The position numbers and the translations under genes were made by a program. Below, piece by piece: positions 9,121 through 16,991 of a stretch of 49,009 nucleotides of DNA; position 1 is the stretch's first letter; each line of letters begins with the position of its first letter. The notes under the pieces were generated by a model. It worked only from the letters and a program-made list of their open reading frames with translations, was not told the origin of the DNA and searched no databases. Source of the DNA: a bacterium (lineage in GTDB: Bacteria > Actinomycetota > Acidimicrobiia > Acidimicrobiales > Ilumatobacteraceae); the NCBI GenBank assembly GCA_013205145.1, contig JABMMV010000047.1, forward strand, positions 1 to 49,009, in the 5' to 3' direction.

Positions 9121-10358
9121 GAGAAAACAGTATCGGCTAATTCCAGCATCACATGCAATAAAACGTTTGCCCCAGTGACAAGATCTTCTTCATCGGTATG
9201 TTCCGCTGGGTTGTGCGAAATGCCCTTCTCACTAGGCACGAAAATCATTGCCGACGGACACACTCGGGCCAGCATTTGTGCGTCGTGACCAGCACCTGAA
9301 GGGAGGCGGCGCACCCGTTTACCCGTAGACAAACAGTGACGCTCCACAATTTCTATGACTCGCTCATCGAATTGCACGGGTTCGAAACGCGACAAGGTTC
9401 TTTTCGATATAGAGACACCCTCATCTTGCTCTAATTGGAAACAAAAGGTATCGAGCAAGCGTTCTGCATCGACAAGGGTGTCTTCGTCGGTATTTCGCAT
9501 ATCGAGCGTCAGAGTTGCACGAGAGGGAATAACGTTGACGAGATTGGGGTGTAAGTCAATCTTTCCCACTGTGCACACCTGGTCGCCTCCGAACCGTTCC
9601 GCAATTTCTCGCAAATACACAGTGAGCATGGCTGCAACATAGGCGGGGTCGTGACGCAAGTTCATTGGTGTTGTACCAGCGTGATTGCTTTGTCCTTGAA
9701 TAGTTACTTCCTGCCAGGAAATACCTTGAACGCCGGTGACCGCTCCGAGAGTGAACCCTTCTGCCTCTAACACCGGACCCTGTTCTATATGAATTTCTAC
9801 AAACGCATGTGGTGCTTCACCTGGGCAAGGAGCACTTCCTGCGTAGCCAATATTGAGTAACTCGTCGCCAACGCGTTGTCCGTCAATTCCGACAATATCG
9901 AGCGCCTCTTCAAGATTGAGACCGCCTGCATAAACAAGAGAACCGAGCATGTCGGGGGAAAACCGTGCGCCTTCTTCATCTGTAAAAAATGCGACAGAAA
10001 GTGGCCGCGACGGGGTGAGCCCAGACTCCTGACACGTCTGAATTACTTCTAAGCCTGCAATGACGCCGTAGTTGCCGTCGTATACACCACCGGTGCGAAC
10101 GGTATCAATATGTGAACCAGTGAGGACGGGTTTGCCTGTTCCGACATTCCACGTTCCTAAAACATTGCCAATTGCGTCAGTTGTTACCTCGAGATTGAGT
10201 TCTTTCATCCAAGACACCACAAGATCTCGTCCATCGCGGTCTTCGGTGGTCAGTGCAATGCGACAACAGCCGCCGTCGCCTGTGCTGCCGATGTCGGCAA
10301 GAGCTGTGATGCGTTGCATCATACGATTGCCATTGATAGCTAAAACTGCAGGCTTCAT
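9117..10358 (-). CDS. M20 Zn-dependent amidohydrolase (allantoate amidohydrolase / N-carbamoyl-L-amino-acid hydrolase / beta-ureidopropionase family)
   Basis: 413 aa. INGNRMMQRITALADIG...GGCCRIALTTEDRDGRDL...GSHIDTV...FTDEEGARF...HIEQG is the AmaB/AllC-type pattern. First gene of the operon. Confidence 0.8.
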   Translation of the reverse strand: MKPAVLAINGNRMMQRITALADIGSTGDGGCCRIALTTEDRDGRDLVVSWMKELNLEVTTDAIGNVLGTWNVGTGKPVLTGSHIDTVRTGGVYDGNYGVIAGLEVIQTCQESGLTPSRPLSVAFFTDEEGARFSPDMLGSLVYAGGLNLEEALDIVGIDGQRVGDELLNIGYAGSAPCPGEAPHAFVEIHIEQGPVLEAEGFTLGAVTGVQGISWQEVTIQGQSNHAGTTPMNLRHDPAYVAAMLTVYLREIAERFGGDQVCTVGKIDLHPNLVNVIPSRATLTLDMRNTDEDTLVDAERLLDTFCFQLEQDEGVSISKRTLSRFEPVQFDERVIEIVERHCLSTGKRVRRLPSGAGHDAQMLARVCPSAMIFVPSEKGISHNPAEHTDEEDLVTGANVLLHVMLELADTVFS

Positions 10359-10415
10359 TTCAATAGTGTTTCACATTTCCTAGCTCGGCGGGGCTATGAG
10401 AATAGACCTTTCTAC

Positions 10416-10421
10416 TAGAGT
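10416..10421 (+). promoter_or_regulatory. -10 box TAGAGT, 6 nt before GTG 10428 (leaderless start of the TauE-like gene)
   Basis: TANNNT hexamer with a 6-nt spacer (ttttct) to the start codon. The same geometry recurs at 12 other operon heads in this window. Confidence 0.5.
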
Positions 10422-10427
10422 TTTTCT

Positions 10428-11153
10428 GTGATGAATGACCTGTTTGCAGTAATCGTCATTATCTGTGTCGCAGCAATTCTGCAGTCAATATCCGGCTTCG
10501 GTTTTTCGTTACTGGCTATGCCTCTCCTGTCAGTTGTTGTGGATATTCGCGAAGCAGTTGTCATTGCAACTATTTGCGGGCTTTTCTCCAATGTTGTGCA
10601 TGTCACAAAAGACCATCAAATGGTCGAACGTTCAATAGCTAGACGAATTTCATTTTCGGCGCTTCTCGGTATGCCATTGGGTGTTCTTCTTCTGTCCGTT
10701 TTTAGTGCCATGCAGATGCGGGTGTGTATTAGTGTGGTCACAATTGTTTTAGTTGTATTAATGATGTTTAAATTCTCAATAAAAAAAGAGAACACAAAAG
10801 TTGACGTAGTGTTGGGGGTAATATCGGGTGTTTTGGCAACTTCTGTTTCCACTAACGGTCCACCGCTCATATTTCTTTTGCAGTCGAAGCGCCTCGACTC
10901 GTCGCGTTTCAGAGCCACATTGGCCTATGTGTTCACTGTCTCAGGGTGTGCGTCGTTCGCCGTTTTGATGGCTGCTGGCAAAGGCAGTGTTGCTGCATTT
11001 CAATTCGCACTACTTTCAATTCCTTCGATGTACCTAGGAACATTGCTAGGACGAAGAGCGAGAAGTGCTGTTACTCAGGAAGCATTTCAACGTTTGACCT
11101 ACGTCTTGCTCTTAACGACAGCTGGAAGCACAGCGCTCGCAGCTTTTTTCTAG
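10428..11153 (+). CDS. TauE/SafE (TSUP) family sulfite-exporter-like membrane protein
   Basis: 241 aa, multi-TM, with the family-typical N-terminus ...ILQSISGFGFSLLAMPLL. The stop shares the palindrome CTAG (11150-11153) with the convergent gene. Confidence 0.8.
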   Translation: MMNDLFAVIVIICVAAILQSISGFGFSLLAMPLLSVVVDIREAVVIATICGLFSNVVHVTKDHQMVERSIARRISFSALLGMPLGVLLLSVFSAMQMRVCISVVTIVLVVLMMFKFSIKKENTKVDVVLGVISGVLATSVSTNGPPLIFLLQSKRLDSSRFRATLAYVFTVSGCASFAVLMAAGKGSVAAFQFALLSIPSMYLGTLLGRRARSAVTQEAFQRLTYVLLLTTAGSTALAAFF

Positions 11154-11875
11154 TTCTCTACGCCACCGAACCATTGCATCCAGGCCTCTTTATTTCTGGT
11201 GCGGTACACGTAGTTTGCTTGCCGCACATTTTCCATTGGCGAGCTGGAAGGAGCTGAGTACTGGTGACCAGGGTAAACGACAGTTTGGTCGGGCAGTTGT
11301 GCTAACCGTTGCAAACTGTCGTACATGTCTTCAGGGTTGCTGCCTGGTAGGTCGGTGCGGCCACAACCGTCGAGAAAGAGTGTGTCGCCAGAAACAAGAC
11401 ACCCATTGGCGAGAAAGCACTGGCTGCCCGGTGTGTGGCCTGGGGTATGGATGAAAGTGATTTCCATGTTCCCAACCGCAAGAGTGTCTCCGCCTTTGTG
11501 CTCAACAAGATCTGACCGCGTTACTCCCGTTGTCTTCATCACGAGTTCCGACTCAAGAGCATTTACATGTATGGGGAGAGAGGTGCTCTCAAGGATCTTT
11601 GCGATACCTTCGATACGCAGACCCATGATGGACCCGCCAATATGGTCGGCGTGATAATGGGTGGCAAGAACACCTGAAACCTTCATGCCGTCGTTATGAG
11701 CCGTGGCGATGATGTCGTCTACGGCATACGCGGGGTCAATGACAACACATTCCCCAGTGTCTTTGTCGCCGAGCAAATAGACAAAGTTGACCATTTGCTC
11801 TGCGGCTTTGTTGCCGACGGCAAAGTCTCTACCCGAAAGCAACTGGCGAAAATAGATATTGCTGGAATTCTGCAT
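11150..11875 (-). CDS. MBL-fold hydrolase, persulfide dioxygenase (ETHE1)-like / glyoxalase II-like
   Basis: THYHADHIGG, HTPGHTPGS, SGDTLFLDGCGRTDL...MYDSL...VYPGHQY. Start set at MQNSSNIYF (ATG 11875). The longer track ORF (to 12043) is Arg/Pro-rich junk overlapping the divergent gene. Confidence 0.7.
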   Translation of the reverse strand: MQNSSNIYFRQLLSGRDFAVGNKAAEQMVNFVYLLGDKDTGECVVIDPAYAVDDIIATAHNDGMKVSGVLATHYHADHIGGSIMGLRIEGIAKILESTSLPIHVNALESELVMKTTGVTRSDLVEHKGGDTLAVGNMEITFIHTPGHTPGSQCFLANGCLVSGDTLFLDGCGRTDLPGSNPEDMYDSLQRLAQLPDQTVVYPGHQYSAPSSSPMENVRQANYVYRTRNKEAWMQWFGGVEN

Positions 11876-11882
11876 GTTTGCC

Positions 11883-11888
11883 ACACTA
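11883..11888 (-). promoter_or_regulatory. -10 box TAGTGT, 7 nt before ATG 11875
   Basis: TANNNT hexamer on the minus strand with a 7-nt spacer (ggcaaac) to the start codon. No SD sequence. Confidence 0.4.
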
Positions 11889-11907
11889 TGTCGTAATCTG
11901 CTTCTAT

Positions 11908-13389
11908 ATGAACTTCGATGTTTCTGGCATGGAAAAAGTGGACTCACTTGAGGCTGGCCAGCGCATTTTGTGTGGAAATCAGTGGGTGCGCGTTTCTCAG
12001 GAACTGGCCGATGCATTCCAACCGGGCGATTCCCTGATTGCACTGCAGGAGATGGGAGAACTGTTACGAATGACCGCGGCCGATTTGAAGATTGCAGATG
12101 CTGCTGTTACCGAAGCAGCAGAAGCCTTCACGGCAATGGCGCATGTGGGTGATGAGCAAATCTCTCGCTTCTATGAAAAATTCGCCGAATTACTGGCCGA
12201 CAACGACCTCTTTCGCTATGTGCAGGTTGCCAACGATGTAGACGTTGAATCGGCTTTAAAAAAAGGTCGGTCGGTAACACGGTTGCGAATTGACGAAAAG
12301 ATGCGTAGCGACATGGTTGAAGGTCTGCTGATGTGGGCACAATTAGACCTCACCCGAGATCTCGTCATGAGCAACATCGAACACGACGGATGGAATGTTG
12401 AAGTAGTGCGTGCGCCACTTGGCGTAGTTGGTTTCGTATTCGAAGGTCGACCCAATGTATTTGCCGATGCAACGGGTGTTTTGCGTACTGGCAATACTGT
12501 GGTTTTCCGTATCGGTAGCGACGCATTAGGCACCGCACGTGCCATCTCAAAACACATGCTGGTTCCGGCCCTCATTGCGTCGGGGTTACCAGAGAAATCT
12601 GTAGTGCTCATCGACAGTCCAACCCATGGTGCTGGCTGGGCCCTATTTGCTCATTCTGGGCTGTCACTTGCAATTGCTCGCGGTTCTGGCAAAGCAGTTG
12701 CCCAACTTGGTGCAGTTGCTCGCCAATCTGGCACGGCGGTGAGTTTGCACGGAACAGGTGGTGCCTGGATGATTATTGGTCAATCGGCAGACGCTGATGA
12801 CATCGCATCTTTCGTTGTGAACTCTTTAGATCGCAAAGTGTGCAACACACTGAATGTTGTTGCGATGACTAGCGATGCTCCTGTGCACAATATTCAAGCT
12901 GTGTTGAAGGGTATCTCTCACGCGGCAATGCATCGCAATACCCAAGCCATTGTTCATGTACCTCACGCTTCAAAAAAATTTCTTGATAGTTGCGATATTC
13001 CGGTCAATGTCAATATTGAGTGGAGCAACGATATTGATTATGCGCTGGAATATGAATGGGAAGATCAGCCAGAGTTGGCGCTTTCATTTGAGTCGAGCTT
13101 GCATGATTGCGTAGTATCTTTCAACGCCCACAGCCCGCAATTTATTGTTTCGTGTCTTTCTCAAGATCAAAGAGATCATGACCTCATCTGGCGCGAATGT
13201 AATGCACCATTTGTTGGCAACGGATTCACGCGTTGGGTAGACGGTCAATATGCCTTGAACAGACCCGAACTTGGTCTTTCCAATTGGCAAGGTGGCCGGC
13301 TTTTGGCCCGTGGGGGAGTTCTCTCTGGTGACGGTGTGCATACAGTGCGATTGCGGGTACAACAAACCGACAGCGATGTGCGGCGCTAA
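11908..13389 (+). CDS. Glutamate-5-semialdehyde dehydrogenase (ProA)-like aldehyde dehydrogenase with extra N-terminal segment
   Basis: VFEGRPNVFADATGVLRTGNTVVFRIGSDA, LAIARGSGKAV and the catalytic-Cys motif RKVCNTLNVV parallel ProA. The start is uncertain (TTG 11878, ATG 11908, ATG 11929). There is no adjacent proB. Confidence 0.65.
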   Translation: MNFDVSGMEKVDSLEAGQRILCGNQWVRVSQELADAFQPGDSLIALQEMGELLRMTAADLKIADAAVTEAAEAFTAMAHVGDEQISRFYEKFAELLADNDLFRYVQVANDVDVESALKKGRSVTRLRIDEKMRSDMVEGLLMWAQLDLTRDLVMSNIEHDGWNVEVVRAPLGVVGFVFEGRPNVFADATGVLRTGNTVVFRIGSDALGTARAISKHMLVPALIASGLPEKSVVLIDSPTHGAGWALFAHSGLSLAIARGSGKAVAQLGAVARQSGTAVSLHGTGGAWMIIGQSADADDIASFVVNSLDRKVCNTLNVVAMTSDAPVHNIQAVLKGISHAAMHRNTQAIVHVPHASKKFLDSCDIPVNVNIEWSNDIDYALEYEWEDQPELALSFESSLHDCVVSFNAHSPQFIVSCLSQDQRDHDLIWRECNAPFVGNGFTRWVDGQYALNRPELGLSNWQGGRLLARGGVLSGDGVHTVRLRVQQTDSDVRR

Positions 13390-14109
13390 CTATTCAACGA
13401 TGTCGTGAAGCGGTAGTTCCATATGCGACAACAGCGGAAGTATGCGTTCGAAGTCACCTTGCCATGGATAAGCAAATAGTTGGCTCTGAGAACGTCTACT
13501 TCCGGTGAGACGTACCAATTCAAAAATAGGATTCGTTGCTGCACTGAGATCGAGAGTGGCAATTACGTCACCCAAGCCACATTGCCACTCGTAGTCATTG
13601 GCAACGAGCAAGAGCGAACCGACTTCAGCCTTTGAGATATCGCCATGGAGGATGAGTGCTGCAACATTCATTGCGAGGAGCAGTGCATCGTTATCGGTTA
13701 AGACAGGCGGATTTTGCAACGCATGATGTAGGTCAAATTCATGTACCAACAAGTCGTATGTCAGTGGCATGGCTAACCGCATGTCAGACGTAGCAATTGC
13801 TGAGAAATCATTCAAAGATCCCTGCCACTGTGCAGTGATCTCTGTTGAAGAAAGACCTCTTCTCGAGATGACCTGCTGATCGACCCAATTCTGCGTATCG
13901 GCAGGTGGTGCATCACCTTGCGATATTGCGACGCAGAGCCCGGTGACATGGCTCAAAAGGTCGTGGATATTCCAGTCTGGACAGCTCTGAATTTGGACGA
14001 GCGTTTCCTTCGCTGACAGTTTGCCAATAACACTAGAAAATCGAGCGCATGAGTCTCTGTATGTATTCATATGTTCTATTGCAGTGAATTTGGGAGCGTT
14101 CGACTTCAT
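13390..14109 (-). CDS. Maleylpyruvate isomerase-family (MDMPI N-terminal/DinB-like) mycothiol-dependent enzyme family protein
   Basis: N-terminal pattern ...CPDWNIHDLLSHVTG is typical of the mycothiol-dependent MDMPI/DinB fold. ATG 14109 lies 1 nt after the panC stop. The stop abuts the convergent ProA-like stop (TAACTA). Confidence 0.6.
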   Translation of the reverse strand: MKSNAPKFTAIEHMNTYRDSCARFSSVIGKLSAKETLVQIQSCPDWNIHDLLSHVTGLCVAISQGDAPPADTQNWVDQQVISRRGLSSTEITAQWQGSLNDFSAIATSDMRLAMPLTYDLLVHEFDLHHALQNPPVLTDNDALLLAMNVAALILHGDISKAEVGSLLLVANDYEWQCGLGDVIATLDLSAATNPIFELVRLTGSRRSQSQLFAYPWQGDFERILPLLSHMELPLHDIVE

Positions 14110-14110
14110 G

Positions 14111-14950
14111 TCACTGCAGCTCTTGATTGTCGATGAGTCGCACCTGTGAACCCAATATTGCACCTAGTGCAACTAAGCGCTTGCTTGTATCTCGAGAGGG
14201 TTGCAACGAGTCCTGTTCTGCAACATCGAAGTAATCGAGTTGAAAGTGCACCATATTATTGAATTGTGCTGTTGCATCTGAGATGGCTTCACTGAGACTG
14301 TTAGTGCTGGAAAAAGAGCGGTTAAACATCTGGAGGATTTCAAAAAACTTGGGCGCTTCATTTCTCTCGCCATCAGTAAGTTGAGCATTGCGGCTTGAGA
14401 GCGCTAGTCCGTCGGCTTCTCGAACAGTCTCCATGCCGTGAATGTGAATTGGGAAATTAAGGTCTGCTACGAAACGCCTTATAATTGCGAGTTGCTGATA
14501 ATCCTTTTTGCCGAAAAAGGCAATGTTAGGTTGCACAAGGTTGAACAGCTTCACAACAACTGTTGCCATTCCGGCGAAGTGTCCGGGACGCGATGCGCCT
14601 TCGAATAGCGAACCGAGTGATCCGGGTGTGATGAAGGTGTCGAATCCTTCAGGGTAGATATCTGATATCTCAGGTAAATAGACGTAGTCAACATTGAATG
14701 TTCTGCAGGTGTCTAGGTCTTCTTCAACGGTGCGTGGATACTTTGCTAAATCTGACGCTGAGTTAAATTGCTTCGGGTTGATAAAGATTGATGCAATTGT
14801 TACATCTGATTTCTCGGTTGAAACTTTTAACAATTCAGCGTGACCCAAGTGCAAAGCGCCCATTGTGGGCACGAAGCCAATAGTTTTTGAACTAGCTAAG
14901 GTCTGTGCGCGTAGTAAACGCAGCTCTTCAATGCTCCGTAAAATGTGCAT
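14111..14950 (-). CDS. panC: Pantoate--beta-alanine ligase
   Basis: 279 aa. GFVPTMGALHLGHAELL, SIFINPKQF. Directly downstream of panB. Confidence 0.92.
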   Translation of the reverse strand: MHILRSIEELRLLRAQTLASSKTIGFVPTMGALHLGHAELLKVSTEKSDVTIASIFINPKQFNSASDLAKYPRTVEEDLDTCRTFNVDYVYLPEISDIYPEGFDTFITPGSLGSLFEGASRPGHFAGMATVVVKLFNLVQPNIAFFGKKDYQQLAIIRRFVADLNFPIHIHGMETVREADGLALSSRNAQLTDGERNEAPKFFEILQMFNRSFSSTNSLSEAISDATAQFNNMVHFQLDYFDVAEQDSLQPSRDTSKRLVALGAILGSQVRLIDNQELQ

Positions 14951-14953
14951 TGT

Positions 14954-15775
14954 TTAGTGGAAAGAATGTTTGTCATCGGGCCATGAACCATTGCGTACGT
15001 CTTGAGCAAACTCTTGGAAAGCATTCGTAGCTAACGATCTCATGTCGACGTATTTCTTAGTGAATGTAAGTTCGCGCTCGGAGAGTCCGAGAATATCGTG
15101 CATCACCAAAACTTGCCCATCGCAGAAAGATCCAGCGCCGATACCAATAGTTGGTATGGAGATTTTTGATGTGATCTCTTGGGCCAATTCTGTAGGTATG
15201 CCTTCAAGAACAACCGCAAAGGCTCCGGCCTGTTCAACTGCATGTGCATCGTCAAGAAGCCTTTGTCGACCGCCTGGCTCTACGCCATCGACGCGACCCT
15301 GTACTTTGTGCCCGCCCATGCGATGAACACTCTGTGGCGTGAGTCCAATATGGCCCATCACCGGAATATCGGCTCGTGTAATTGCTTCAATAGTCGTAGC
15401 AACGGTCGTTCCACCTTCGAGTTTGACGCATTGAGCACCAGCCTTCATCAGAACCACAGAGCTCTCAATGCCTTGGCCGGCACTCACCTGGTAGCTGCCA
15501 AAGGGCAGATCACCAACAACCAATGCTTTTGGCTGGGCACGACGCACAAGCGCCGTATGGTACGCCATTTCACTCAATGTCACAGGAATGGTGTTGTGGT
15601 GCCCCTGCATGACCGTGGCAACTGAGTCGCCGACGAGAATGGCATCAACGCCCGCGTCATCAATAATTCTTGCGAACGTTGAGTCATAGGCTGTGACCAT
15701 TACGATTTTTTCCCCAGCAGACTTCATTACTTGAAGCATGGGAACTGTGACAGGTTTGCGTGTAGGTGTTGTCAT
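14954..15775 (-). CDS. panB: 3-methyl-2-oxobutanoate hydroxymethyltransferase
   Basis: 273 aa. MVTAYD...ILVGDS...DLPFGSY...VKLEGG...GHIGLTPQ. SD GAGGAAAG upstream. Confidence 0.92.
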   Translation of the reverse strand: MTTPTRKPVTVPMLQVMKSAGEKIVMVTAYDSTFARIIDDAGVDAILVGDSVATVMQGHHNTIPVTLSEMAYHTALVRRAQPKALVVGDLPFGSYQVSAGQGIESSVVLMKAGAQCVKLEGGTTVATTIEAITRADIPVMGHIGLTPQSVHRMGGHKVQGRVDGVEPGGRQRLLDDAHAVEQAGAFAVVLEGIPTELAQEITSKISIPTIGIGAGSFCDGQVLVMHDILGLSERELTFTKKYVDMRSLATNAFQEFAQDVRNGSWPDDKHSFH

Positions 15776-15804
15776 GGCTTTCCTCGATAACTGGCGGTTG
15801 AACG

Positions 15805-16461
15805 CTACTGCCAGAGTGGCTTTTCAACTCTCCAAGGAACAGGATTTCCCCACGTGTCTTGGAACGTGACTTCATGTGGCTGTTGACGTTGCGCAACACC
15901 CCACTTGCCAGTGGGGTAGCCGAGAGTGATCATGGCCATGGGAACCCACACCCCGGTTTCAGGAGCGCCAAGTAGTTCAAGTACCTGCTGCGTGTGGTTC
16001 TTGAAAAGCAAGGTGGTCAAAGAGGTCCCAATTCCTTCTGCGGTTGCAGCTAGTTGGAGGCTCCATAAGGCGGGGTAGATAGAACTTTCGCCATTTGGCT
16101 TTCCCCAGGCAAAAAGCAAAGTGGGAACGATGTGCAAGTTGTCGGCTAGCCATTCCGCAGATGCATTCGTCTTTTTGGCCTGAATAACTTCCGGATCAGT
16201 TGGGTCACCGTCTGTGATGAGATCCATGACAGCTTTGTACTTGGTTGCATTTAAGTCGGTGAGACCTTCGCGGTACATCTTTTGTAGCGCGATGCGTTTG
16301 GCAGGGTCTGAGACAAGTAGAAACCGCCAACTTTGTGTATTGCCACCAGATGGCGCACGTACCGCAGCGTCAAGGAGCTTCGCGAGAACTGTGTCGGGTA
16401 TTGGATCTGGCTTCACTCGACGCATTGCTCGGGTGGTGTACAAAGCTTGAGAAAGTTCCAT
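15805..16461 (-). CDS. Nitroreductase family protein
   Basis: 218 aa. TTRAMRRVKPDPIPDTVLAKLLDAAVRAPSGGNTQSWRFLLV is the canonical nitroreductase N-terminus. Confidence 0.8.
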   Translation of the reverse strand: MELSQALYTTRAMRRVKPDPIPDTVLAKLLDAAVRAPSGGNTQSWRFLLVSDPAKRIALQKMYREGLTDLNATKYKAVMDLITDGDPTDPEVIQAKKTNASAEWLADNLHIVPTLLFAWGKPNGESSIYPALWSLQLAATAEGIGTSLTTLLFKNHTQQVLELLGAPETGVWVPMAMITLGYPTGKWGVAQRQQPHEVTFQDTWGNPVPWRVEKPLWQ

Positions 16462-16478
16462 CTCACAAGTTTATGGTG

Positions 16479-16991
16479 TTACTGAGCGGTATTTCTTCCT
16501 CGGGCCATTTCAAATATTGCTTCATTACCCAATCGCCACCTCACATTGAGTGCGCAACGTGCAATTTTCCAAGTTTTGCCTTCGCGTACCAGATCGTTGG
16601 TGTAGTGGCCGCCAAGATCGCACCAGTTCACTTCGCCTGTGTGCCCCAGATTGGACATCGTTTCGTGTGAGAACCAGTGTTGTGCTCTGAGTTCAGTGAT
16701 GCAGGTAGCACTTGATTTCTTCAGTTTGCTGATGACGTGATTAGTCATTTGGTGTGCAGTGGCATCGAAGTTGCCATTTAATGACTCCACATTGGTACGC
16801 CATTGTTTTGCCGTGAGGGTGGTGGGTGGGTTCCCGGAGAAGGAAGAGAAGTCGAATTCACACTGATCGGTGAAACAGGTTTCATAAAGATCCCATTGGC
16901 GGTGATCTATACCCATCGCGTATTTGTAACTCACTTGAATGATGTCGTAGCGGGCGGTCAACTTCTGAGTTTTTTCATTTTTCATTGTCAT
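16479..16991 (-). CDS. NTF2-like / SnoaL_4 domain protein
   Basis: 170 aa. ARYDIIQVSYKYAMGIDHRQWDLYETCFTDQCEFDF is typical of SnoaL-like NTF2 proteins. Overlaps the end of the upstream ThuA-like gene. Confidence 0.6.
   Translation of the reverse strand: MTMKNEKTQKLTARYDIIQVSYKYAMGIDHRQWDLYETCFTDQCEFDFSSFSGNPPTTLTAKQWRTNVESLNGNFDATAHQMTNHVISKLKKSSATCITELRAQHWFSHETMSNLGHTGEVNWCDLGGHYTNDLVREGKTWKIARCALNVRWRLGNEAIFEMARGRNTAQ

Noticed and set aside
1-10358. Selenium dependence or selenocysteine in the XdhD/SsnA-like operon, as in the enteric and clostridial loci.
   Set aside because: There are no in-frame TGA codons in any of the eight ORFs. No yqeB/yqeC/selD-like genes lie in the window. Nothing in the sequence supports a labile-selenium cofactor, though this cannot be excluded for genes outside the window.
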